DNA of 64,000 bases from Giardia intestinalis. Lineage: Eukaryota. The notes beneath the pieces were generated by a model. That model was not told the origin of the DNA, searched no databases, and worked only from the letters and a program-made list of their open reading frames with translations. The stretch lies in assembly GCA_000002435.2 (NCBI GenBank), contig CM018790.1. One strand, written 5' to 3'. Positions 10,711-18,960 of the stretch are shown here, piece after piece; the stretch's first letter is position 1; every line of letters begins with the position of its first letter. Made by a program: the position numbers and the translations under genes.

Positions 10711-10899
10711 ATGTCTACTCCGGAGAACCCGGAACAGCTTGCCGAGTCGATCCAGACGCTGCTACTAAACATAAAGCACCAGCAGGAGCAGGCTACAGTT
10801 CGCGTGAGCTCCGCTTTGGACGACATTTTGAGTCGTATTGACGCTCTCGATCAAAATATATCCCATCTTCTTGAAACAGTGAGCGCAGATGGAAAGTAA
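10711..10899 (+). CDS. short ORF (62 aa), possibly the 5' part of the downstream gene separated by a frameshift
   Basis: ATG preceded by an AT-rich promoter-like tract (aataaagatacgctaaagcaaaatttaATG). The ORF overlaps the next ORF by 11 nt in a different frame. Confidence 0.25.
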   Translation: MSTPENPEQLAESIQTLLLNIKHQQEQATVRVSSALDDILSRIDALDQNISHLLETVSADGK

Positions 10900-11665
10900 A
10901 TGCCGGCAGGCACTTCTTGACGGCGTATACAACGTGGGGTACGCAACACCTGCCAGTATAGCCACGGCGACGGGGTCCACAGAGGCTGCTGCGTATGCGG
11001 TTCTCTCTGCAGCCACTTCTCCCAAGGAATATTCCCTGCTGATAATTTCGTCGGAGTGCGGGGAGCATGGGATGGTGCTTCGACTTTCGCTTTATCCTTC
11101 AATGAAGGACTCGGGGATCTCAGAGGAAGCCGCCCCCCGTGCTCTTGCGGCAGTGTCTCACTCGTTCATAAGACTTTACGATGAGGAACCGTCAAATGTA
11201 TGGAGCGCAATTGTGACGAAAGAGTGCGGAGAAATGATGACAGATCCTACCTATGGGATGCTGTATGCGAGAATCACAACAGACGAAATAAGAAGCGCCA
11301 TGGAGGCCCGCAATGAACGGCTCCAGCTGACAGATAACGATCTTGTTCGCTACTCTCGTGAGCTTTTCTATGCAGTGGTCAACTCGGATGCACGTCGCGA
11401 AGCACACGCTGAAGAAGCACAGCCTCACTTTTGTTCGTCTACAGAGCCCCTTACATCGATAGATGAACCGCTAATCAAGAAGACGGCCTTGCAGGGAATC
11501 TCACCTACTGTAGTTTCAAGCTTGGCTATTACTGAAGATGGGTCATTGGAAACTGTGCACAAAGAGGTGGTTGTATCTCACTGTGCTAAGCCAAAGGTGA
11601 AGGCAAAGCAAAAGCCCGCTGCGTGCGACATAATGTCATTTGTGAAGAGGCGAGATCCCAACTGA
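10889..11665 (+). CDS. hypothetical protein (258 aa)
   Basis: Intact ORF with an AGTPuAA-like signal nearby. No family recognised. Confidence 0.45.
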   Translation: MESKCRQALLDGVYNVGYATPASIATATGSTEAAAYAVLSAATSPKEYSLLIISSECGEHGMVLRLSLYPSMKDSGISEEAAPRALAAVSHSFIRLYDEEPSNVWSAIVTKECGEMMTDPTYGMLYARITTDEIRSAMEARNERLQLTDNDLVRYSRELFYAVVNSDARREAHAEEAQPHFCSSTEPLTSIDEPLIKKTALQGISPTVVSSLAITEDGSLETVHKEVVVSHCAKPKVKAKQKPAACDIMSFVKRRDPN

Positions 11666-11708
11666 TGACCTTATTAAGACTGTAAATAGGCAATCTAGTG
11701 ATTTATCG

Positions 11709-12311
11709 ATGAGCCTTGCACGTCAGATCACAGAGATAAAGCGCGAGGGCCAGTTTCTTATGCAGCTCTCGAGCCACTATGAACACATCGTTGCCCATAT
11801 GACATACGAATGCATCTTCTTCATGGCTTTACTGTTTGACGCATATATCGTCATTACGGAATCAAAGCTAATAACGACCGCCGTGCGTTACTATTTCCCG
11901 ATCCACATTCTCATATTCAACGCTCTGATTTCATTTTCCTCAGGGGTCTACCTTAGCTTTTCGTCCATGCTGATTATTCGAGCCAAAGGTCCCGAGGAGA
12001 TGATTCTCTCACTCAGGAACTACATTATCACCACTGTCCTGCTTCAGCACACAAAGTATCCACTCGTGCTCCTTGCAGGAAGCATGCTGTGGGGGTTTGT
12101 TACATGGAAATATCTACACGTAGCACTCGGACTCAGCCTTATAATTGCCATTGTGATCACCCTGTGCTCTTACGCCTTGGGAGTTCTCTGTGCGCTCTTG
12201 TTTGTTATTCCAGGTGACCAATGGGAAGAGTATACAAAAAGCATCGTAACTTTCTTGAAGCAGGTGTGGAAGAAGATCAGAAGACGGTGTAGAAGGTGCA
12301 CAAGGCGCTGA
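11709..12311 (+). CDS. hypothetical multi-pass membrane protein (200 aa)
   Basis: Several hydrophobic ~20-aa segments (FFMALLFDAYIVI, IHILIFNALISF, LIIAIVITLCSYALGVLCALLFVI) and a basic C-terminal tail. Confidence 0.45.
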   Translation: MSLARQITEIKREGQFLMQLSSHYEHIVAHMTYECIFFMALLFDAYIVITESKLITTAVRYYFPIHILIFNALISFSSGVYLSFSSMLIIRAKGPEEMILSLRNYIITTVLLQHTKYPLVLLAGSMLWGFVTWKYLHVALGLSLIIAIVITLCSYALGVLCALLFVIPGDQWEEYTKSIVTFLKQVWKKIRRRCRRCTRR

Positions 12312-12351
12312 GCTGTTGTGGAATAATCGCGGAACAGAACGTAAACTAAAA

Positions 12352-14325
12352 ATGGATAGAGACGCAATAGAGTGGTTTAAGGCAGTAAAGTACAGCAACA
12401 TAAACTATATAACGAAGCACCTAAATGAAATGTACGATGTGCGGGATGAAAATGGCAACACAGGCCTTATGCACGCAGCCTTCTATGGTAATGTGGCCGT
12501 GGTTCAGCTCTTGGTAGAGAAGAGTGCTAGGCTGCTTAATCTCGCCAGAAAGACGGCCCTGATGCAATGCGTGTGCTCCGATTACAGCTTAGGCAGAGCT
12601 TCAATCCCTGACATCGTGAACATCCTTCGGAGACTGGAAGCCGGCATTTCCGATGAACGTGGGTGCACGGCATTAATGATGGCTGCAGAACGTGGCGACG
12701 TGAGATCTGTCGCCGCTCTGGTCGAGTATGAGCATGGCCAGAAGGACTCCCGAGGTCGCACGGCGTTGATGTACGCAGCATCTTTTGGAAAGGCAGAGTG
12801 CATCCCAGCTCTTTTGGTTGAAACAGCAGAAATAGATAATAAAGGCATGACAGCTTTGATGTTTGCTGCCTATGGAAATAGTGTCCCGATAATCCGGCAA
12901 CTGATTCGGTACGAAGCGCGAAGAAAAAACAAGAATAACGAGACTGCCCTTATAATCGCCATTCGCCAAGGACGTGAAGAAGCGGTCTCAGAGCTTGCTG
13001 CGCATGAAAAGGACATTTACTACGGCTCGATATCTCCGTACCAATTTGCCGTTAATTCCCAACAACTTGCGTCTGCAGATATTCTTAGGCCCCACAACGT
13101 GCCCGTTCCAACCTTTATGTCAACTACTAGGCCTCTCCAGGGATCGACAGTGACCGAGAAAACAAGTGTGGGGGAAGGTGCTTTAGAATTGACGACTCGT
13201 CCCAACCTACAGCAATCAGATCAAACCGAAGCCTTAGAGAACCTCCAGCTCCATATTAATACGCTGCGGCAAAAGGTTGATGCAATAATAATAGAAATGA
13301 CTCGGTCCACACCCCCTTCTGCAAACACTGACAGTTCTCAGAAAGGTATCTTCCTTCAGCGACAGTTATCGGAACAAGATAGAGACATCGGGCAACTTAA
13401 GGCGGCTTTAGAGCGCTCTCAAATGGAGATACAGGCTTTAACAGACTCCCATGCAACTCTCATGAAACGGATAGCAGAGGCAGAAAAGAGCGCAGCAGGT
13501 GCACAGATCCAACTCGCACTCGGCGCGGCTGGAGAGCAAACAAACAGCAATCTCATAGGTCATCTAGGGGTACTTAGCGAATCTATAAGTAGCATGGACA
13601 CTAAAAATAGAGAAGAGCACAGAGACTTTGCAGCAAAATTGGGTTCACTCCACGCAAGCCTGACTCAGGCTGTGCAAGTATCATCGAGTCAGGCCGAAGA
13701 AATAGCGTCTCTGCGAGACCGTCTCACCTGTCTTCAGGAGGAAGTGCTTAAGCTATCCATTAATACGCACGATGCTGCAACGAAGATCTCAGGCTATTCG
13801 AAGGCTCTGGAAATGAAGATTCTCAATTTGGAGGCACGACTGGGTCAGAGCAATGTGTCCTCTTTTTCCACAGCCCACTTACATACAGAGTCATCTATAA
13901 GCAGGGCCATCAACCATTTGCATGAAGAGCTTCAGGTAATCAAAAGATCCATAGAGAATGTCTCACAGACCCTTATTACATCCCATGGGATCACCATACA
14001 AAACTTAGATACCTTGTCGTCAACGCATTCTATGTTTGTTGCTAACTATCCAATCCACAAAAGCATGCAGAATGAGGCAAAGCTATTTGAAGAGTTGCAG
14101 AACAAGATTGTGCGAATTGAGCATTATATGGAGGACATGATGCGTGAGGACAGACTATCGGCCATTATGACGGGCTTTATAGAGCTCAACAGCCGGGTCG
14201 ATCAACTTGTCATAGACCAGGCCAAGAGCCACTCTGCAAATTTGCCCGGAAGGGTAGACGAGGTAGAGCGTACGCTGGATGCCATCTTAACCGTGTTGAA
14301 TCTTGCTCCTGAAGAGGCGTCCTAG
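12352..14325 (+). CDS. ankyrin-repeat protein (protein 21.1-like) with C-terminal coiled coil
   Basis: N-terminal ankyrin repeats (GNTGLMHAAFYGNVAVVQLLV, GCTALMMAAERGD, GRTALMYAASFGK, GMTALMFAAYGN) followed by a long heptad-rich region. The track start at 12316 is a TTG, so I take the first ATG at 12352 (aaaaATGgat context). Confidence 0.7.
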   Translation: MDRDAIEWFKAVKYSNINYITKHLNEMYDVRDENGNTGLMHAAFYGNVAVVQLLVEKSARLLNLARKTALMQCVCSDYSLGRASIPDIVNILRRLEAGISDERGCTALMMAAERGDVRSVAALVEYEHGQKDSRGRTALMYAASFGKAECIPALLVETAEIDNKGMTALMFAAYGNSVPIIRQLIRYEARRKNKNNETALIIAIRQGREEAVSELAAHEKDIYYGSISPYQFAVNSQQLASADILRPHNVPVPTFMSTTRPLQGSTVTEKTSVGEGALELTTRPNLQQSDQTEALENLQLHINTLRQKVDAIIIEMTRSTPPSANTDSSQKGIFLQRQLSEQDRDIGQLKAALERSQMEIQALTDSHATLMKRIAEAEKSAAGAQIQLALGAAGEQTNSNLIGHLGVLSESISSMDTKNREEHRDFAAKLGSLHASLTQAVQVSSSQAEEIASLRDRLTCLQEEVLKLSINTHDAATKISGYSKALEMKILNLEARLGQSNVSSFSTAHLHTESSISRAINHLHEELQVIKRSIENVSQTLITSHGITIQNLDTLSSTHSMFVANYPIHKSMQNEAKLFEELQNKIVRIEHYMEDMMREDRLSAIMTGFIELNSRVDQLVIDQAKSHSANLPGRVDEVERTLDAILTVLNLAPEEAS

Positions 14326-14362
14326 CGTCTTGGGGACTCGGCGGAAAAACAAAAAAAGACAG

Positions 14363-15721
14363 ATGGGCACAACAGAGCTGATGATGGCCCTCAAAGCGGA
14401 GGATTTCGACCGCGCCCGCCGTCTTCTAAGCACGGCTATGGGGCAACAAGATGACGAGGGCTTTACGGCGCTTATGTACGCGCTACGCGCCCATGCTCCG
14501 GAGCTAGCCGAACAGCTTGTCGAGGCTGAAAAGGGGAAGATTACGCGACGGGGTATCACAGCATTGATGCTAGCCGCTGAGCATGGCTACAAGGATGTTG
14601 CTGCGCGACTTATCGAAGCTGAGGCAGGCAACATGGACCTGCAAGGCTGGACAGCCCTGATGTACGCATCCAAAAATGGACACAAGGAGGTCGCTTCCAT
14701 GCTGATCGATAAAGAGGCCGGCATGTGCAATATAGATGGCTCTGCAGCCATTCACTGGGCTGCTGAGCAAGGCCACCTCTGTATTGTCGAAGAGCTGGTA
14801 AACGCAGAGGTTAACCTAACCAACAAGGACGGCTGGACAGCGCTAATGAGTGCCGCCCACAATGGGAGCGAAGAAATCGTTAGGTATCTTGTCAAAGCGC
14901 TTGCAGGAAAACAGACGAAAACAGGGTGGACAGCGCTCATGGCTGCTGCTGCACGTGGTCACTATCGCATTGCAGAGATCCTGCTCAGTAAGGAGGCCGG
15001 CAAACGTACCCATGATAGCTGGTCTGCGCTCATGTCGGCCGCGCAAAACGGATTCGTGAACATTGTGAAGCTTCTTTGCCCATTCGAGGAGAAGATTATT
15101 ACAGATAAGGGTGTGACAGCGCTAATGCTTGCAGCCCAAAGAGGTCGCACAGAGGTGGCACCCATTCTCATACCAAAGCAGAGCTGCTTGCAGGATGCTC
15201 AGGGCTTGACTGCGCTGATGTATGCAGCTGACCAAGGCCACTACGAGATAGCAGAACTGCTGGCTAAATATGAATTCGGGATGCGCGATAACGAGGGTCG
15301 TAGTGCATACATATACGCGTCGACTGGCGATCACGTGCGCATCATGGAGCTCCTTCAGGAGGAGGAGATTTACTCTATGCGATCAGCAATAGAGAAGACT
15401 GTCTCCATGCGTTTGCAGCACAACTCCCCAGACAGTCCTGATATGCGCTCGGCCATAAATAGGCTCGAGCTTAAGATAGATTCATTGATGAGGGATAACG
15501 CAGGCATCCGTTCCATGCTTCATACAGGTGGAAGCTCTCCCCAGTCTAAGCTACCTGACCTAGGCAGCGGTGCAAACGAGCTTATCATTGGAAGCGCCCA
15601 ACACGCCTATTTCCTGCTTCCCTGTCGCCATGTAGTATACTCTGATAAGGAGGACTTCACATTTGATGTTTGTACCAGGTGTGGTGGCCTAGTATCTGAA
15701 TTCTATAAGATTGAGCTGTAG
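14363..15721 (+). CDS. ankyrin-repeat protein (protein 21.1-like) with C-terminal Cys4 zinc-ribbon-like motif
   Basis: More than 8 ankyrin repeats (GFTALMYALRAH, GITALMLAAEHGY, GWTALMYASKNGH ...). The C-terminus has CRHVVYS...CTRCGGL. The true ATG is at 14363 after aaaaacaaaaaaagacagATG, and the track start at 14303 is a TTG. It lies 37 nt after the previous gene. Confidence 0.7.
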   Translation: MGTTELMMALKAEDFDRARRLLSTAMGQQDDEGFTALMYALRAHAPELAEQLVEAEKGKITRRGITALMLAAEHGYKDVAARLIEAEAGNMDLQGWTALMYASKNGHKEVASMLIDKEAGMCNIDGSAAIHWAAEQGHLCIVEELVNAEVNLTNKDGWTALMSAAHNGSEEIVRYLVKALAGKQTKTGWTALMAAAARGHYRIAEILLSKEAGKRTHDSWSALMSAAQNGFVNIVKLLCPFEEKIITDKGVTALMLAAQRGRTEVAPILIPKQSCLQDAQGLTALMYAADQGHYEIAELLAKYEFGMRDNEGRSAYIYASTGDHVRIMELLQEEEIYSMRSAIEKTVSMRLQHNSPDSPDMRSAINRLELKIDSLMRDNAGIRSMLHTGGSSPQSKLPDLGSGANELIIGSAQHAYFLLPCRHVVYSDKEDFTFDVCTRCGGLVSEFYKIEL

Positions 15722-15825
15722 TAAATGGGAATTTTAGAACAGTGCATTATTCAGCGGAGGCAGTTTCTACTTGCAGGCTGTGATTGTGTGTGATTGTGTC
15801 CTGACGGTTTGAGATTAATTAAGAA

Positions 15826-17439
15826 ATGTTGCCAGAACAGTATAGTAGCAGTGACGCAATCTCTAATGCTATAGACCAACACCTCTCTTCATTCAAGTAT
15901 CTGTCTCTCTATACTCTCAAGGGAACGGACAAGTTCATGGCCGAGGAGATTGATGCCGAGATACAGGGTGAAGGTGAGCGTGCCACGCTGGATATGCTGT
16001 ACGCAGAGTACGCCTCTGCACAGCTTCTGGCACACTCCAACATTATCAGGTATCATGGTCTCTTTGTACACGCATATTACGTCTATAATGTCACTCAGTT
16101 CTGTGCCACCCCGCTGAGTGCCGTGAAATTTTACAATAAAGATTGCGGCTTGTCCGTCAGCGATGTACTTAAGTTCACAGCCCAGACGGCACTTGCCCTA
16201 GCCTACCTCCACAGTCCATATAAGGTCGGTCCGCAACACATAAGCACGTTTTGTCTTCCACGGGTGCATGGATGGATGTCCTTAGACTCCGTAGTTATTG
16301 ACGCCGCCTCCTCCAGATATGTGGTCATGGACCTGGTACCTACTTTGAGGAGACTTCGGGTAAAGTCGAAGAGAACCCCCATGTCGAGACGGTATTTTTC
16401 GCCCGAAAAGCTCTTGCGTGGGGACGACTCTCCTGGATTCCCTCAGGATGATGCCTGGAGTCTTGGCATCATTCTGTATGAGTGTATCACAAATCAGAAA
16501 TTTAACTGCCCCGATAAAGAACACTATGCTACAGAAGAGCAGTGGACTGAATTCATGGGGAAACATATTGACTTAATTCAAGACGTTTGGCTCCGAAATC
16601 TTGTTATGCAGCTTCTTGCCTTCAATCCAGCTGAGCGTTTGACAGTGGAGGAGCTTCTGATGGACCCACGGATTGCTCAGGCAGCAGCAGACAACGAGGC
16701 GAGGCTTGTGTCTCACATGGAGCTTTCTTTCCTAGGAGACAAGAGAATGCAGTGCCTATACCCAGAGATCGTTCAAGCAAACAAGGATCTGCACTCTAAC
16801 CTGGATCAGTTACTCTCGGAAATAAGTGGTGAAGAAAGGAGAAGCTTTGAGTTGAAGGAGCAATGCGAAGATCTAACGACTCAGCAAGAAAGCCTCCTCT
16901 CTGAGATAGCTATGCAACAAGCAGCCGTCAGCTCTATGAAAGATCTTGCAAATGATATCAATCCAAACTATGACCAGCTTAAGGCCGAACTTGAGGAACT
17001 CGCTAGGTATCTAGACATCGATATTAATCAGGAAAACACACTTTCCATGCTAAATGGTGCAGATCAGGCAATCCAAGACATGATGAATGCGATACAACAA
17101 CTACAAGAGCTAGTCTCGATATATAATGACCACAAGGAGCGCATTAGAGATCCAAATCAATTGAATAGAGAAGCTGATGCAATGTTAGTAGATCTAAAGA
17201 GCACTATCTATTCTACTGCGCAGTTCATTGCTCGCTTAAGTAAGGATGCTTGCGTTGATCTTCTGGACAGTGACATTCCCACGTGCTCTGTATGCCTAGG
17301 AAGTTTATCTAATATAGTATTTTATCGGTGCAACCATATTGCGTGCTGTAATGTCTGTTTGGAGCACATATTAAATAGTACGCGCACGTGTCCCATCTGC
17401 AGGACAGAGATAACTCAGTACAAGGAGGTAACTTGGTAA
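15826..17439 (+). CDS. kinase-like (pseudokinase) protein with coiled coil and C-terminal C3HC4 RING finger
   Basis: The N-terminal kinase-like fold lacks the glycine loop, HRD and DFG motifs. The central region is coiled coil. The C-terminus reads CSVCLGSLSNIVFYRCNHIACCNVCLEHILNSTRTCPICR, a RING consensus. Start context is aagaaATGttg. Confidence 0.7.
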   Translation: MLPEQYSSSDAISNAIDQHLSSFKYLSLYTLKGTDKFMAEEIDAEIQGEGERATLDMLYAEYASAQLLAHSNIIRYHGLFVHAYYVYNVTQFCATPLSAVKFYNKDCGLSVSDVLKFTAQTALALAYLHSPYKVGPQHISTFCLPRVHGWMSLDSVVIDAASSRYVVMDLVPTLRRLRVKSKRTPMSRRYFSPEKLLRGDDSPGFPQDDAWSLGIILYECITNQKFNCPDKEHYATEEQWTEFMGKHIDLIQDVWLRNLVMQLLAFNPAERLTVEELLMDPRIAQAAADNEARLVSHMELSFLGDKRMQCLYPEIVQANKDLHSNLDQLLSEISGEERRSFELKEQCEDLTTQQESLLSEIAMQQAAVSSMKDLANDINPNYDQLKAELEELARYLDIDINQENTLSMLNGADQAIQDMMNAIQQLQELVSIYNDHKERIRDPNQLNREADAMLVDLKSTIYSTAQFIARLSKDACVDLLDSDIPTCSVCLGSLSNIVFYRCNHIACCNVCLEHILNSTRTCPICRTEITQYKEVTW

Positions 17440-17524
17440 GTTGCCAGTTGTAAATAATTATATCTTTCACGTGATGGGCAGCGCGCTGATCTAAAGCTTG
17501 ATCTAAAGGGGTCAAAAAATAAAA

Positions 17525-18910
17525 ATGTCTCAGCAGTTCATTCTCGTGGTGGGGGACATCAACATCCCGACAAAAGCCTTCCAAATCCCCATTCAGTTCC
17601 GGGAAATCTTCCACCCCAGGCGCATATCCCATGTGATTCTGACCGGGAACGTTACATCAGCAGGCACTGTCTCGTTTCTCAAGACTATCAAGTCTGATCT
17701 ACACGCAGTTCGAGGACCTTACGATGAGACAAGCTACCCCGACGTGGACACGCGCAACTACTGCGGCTACAACATCTCTGTAATGAATGGAAGCCAATGC
17801 ATGCCGATGGGGGACTCAGCACAGCTTTCTAAGTTTGCAAAGGTATACGACAGCGAGATCATTTGTTCCGGATGTGGCTGGCGCCCGTTCGTTGGAATGG
17901 TTGATAACGTTCTGGTGGTTAAGCCCGGGAGCCTGACTGGCAGTATTAAGGAACATGAGCCCGGTTACGCCGATGACTCATCTTACTGCTTTAGCCAGAG
18001 CTCACAACCAGGAGAGGATGCAAGCTCTCTTACGGACTCTGATGGAATGAAGACATATGTGCCTAACCCATCGAAGGTTTATCCATATGTTCGCTATACC
18101 AGCGAACCGTCGTTTGTCCTACTGGGAGTATCGAAGGGTTCACCACTTGTTAATGTCTTCACATACATCATCCGTGATACCCAGCTGGTTGTCTCATCAT
18201 CGAAGTTTATGGTTCCTAAACTTCATGAACTACCAGAGCCTCAAGTAGAGATGTTTATGCATCACAGATCCTCACAAGAGCAACAGTCACAAGAACCTGT
18301 CGCTTTTGGAGGCCTAGGTAATCCGCCGCAAACAGCACTGCCTCCGTCATCACAGCAGTTTAACCCCTATTCACCTTCTACAATTAATGCACAGATAGGA
18401 GCGCCGTCTCAGGCGTGGCAGGTACCACCGTCCTTCCAAGGTGGAGAGGGTCTGCCGGGCCAGCAGTTTTCTAGTCAGTCATCATGGGCCTCTCAGCAGG
18501 TATCTGCCCCTGCCCCTACCCTAGTGCAGCCTACCCCCATTGCTGCCCCAGTGCAGCCTACCCCCATTGCTGCCCCAGTGCAGCCTACCCCCATTGCTGC
18601 CCCAGTGCAGCCTACCCCCATTGCTGCCCCAGTGCAGCCTGTTGAAGACTCTGCTTCTTCTGTTACTACGTCAGCTGTGTCAGCAGCTCCACCGGCGCCC
18701 ACTAAAGCGAATCCTTATTTGCAAGCTAAGGCGTCTCCTGGCACAAATCCTTACCTTGCTAGCTCTGCTACTAAGCCTGCTAACCCCTATCTTAAGGCAA
18801 CGAATCCTGGCACCTCTCCGACCAGTCCCCCAACAACAAATCCATACCTCAAAATGGCGGGAGGAACGAGTGAAACGTCCCCATATCTTAAGAAGTTTGA
18901 AGATTCTTAG
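17525..18910 (+). CDS. VPS29: VPS29-like (retromer metallophosphoesterase-fold) protein with long low-complexity C-terminal extension
   Basis: The N-terminal ~190 aa align by eye to VPS29 (MSQQFILVVGDINIPTKAF, HVILTGNV, VRGPYDE, IICSGCGWRPF, VVKPGSLTG). After ~aa 240 comes a Q/P/S-rich extension with 4x QPTPIAAPV and several NPYL motifs. Confidence 0.75.
   Translation: MSQQFILVVGDINIPTKAFQIPIQFREIFHPRRISHVILTGNVTSAGTVSFLKTIKSDLHAVRGPYDETSYPDVDTRNYCGYNISVMNGSQCMPMGDSAQLSKFAKVYDSEIICSGCGWRPFVGMVDNVLVVKPGSLTGSIKEHEPGYADDSSYCFSQSSQPGEDASSLTDSDGMKTYVPNPSKVYPYVRYTSEPSFVLLGVSKGSPLVNVFTYIIRDTQLVVSSSKFMVPKLHELPEPQVEMFMHHRSSQEQQSQEPVAFGGLGNPPQTALPPSSQQFNPYSPSTINAQIGAPSQAWQVPPSFQGGEGLPGQQFSSQSSWASQQVSAPAPTLVQPTPIAAPVQPTPIAAPVQPTPIAAPVQPTPIAAPVQPVEDSASSVTTSAVSAAPPAPTKANPYLQAKASPGTNPYLASSATKPANPYLKATNPGTSPTSPPTTNPYLKMAGGTSETSPYLKKFEDS
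18524..18640 (+). repeat. perfect tandem repeat, 27-nt unit x ~4.3 (gtgcagcctacccccattgctgcccca), encoding QPTPIAAPV repeats
   Basis: Four full identical units at 18524-18550, 18551-18577, 18578-18604 and 18605-18631, then a partial unit 18632-18640. The repeat lies in frame inside the VPS29-like CDS. Confidence 0.9.
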
Positions 18911-18960
18911 TAATGTTGGCTCATTCAGTGCGACTGTAAATAATGCTGCTTCTAGACTGT

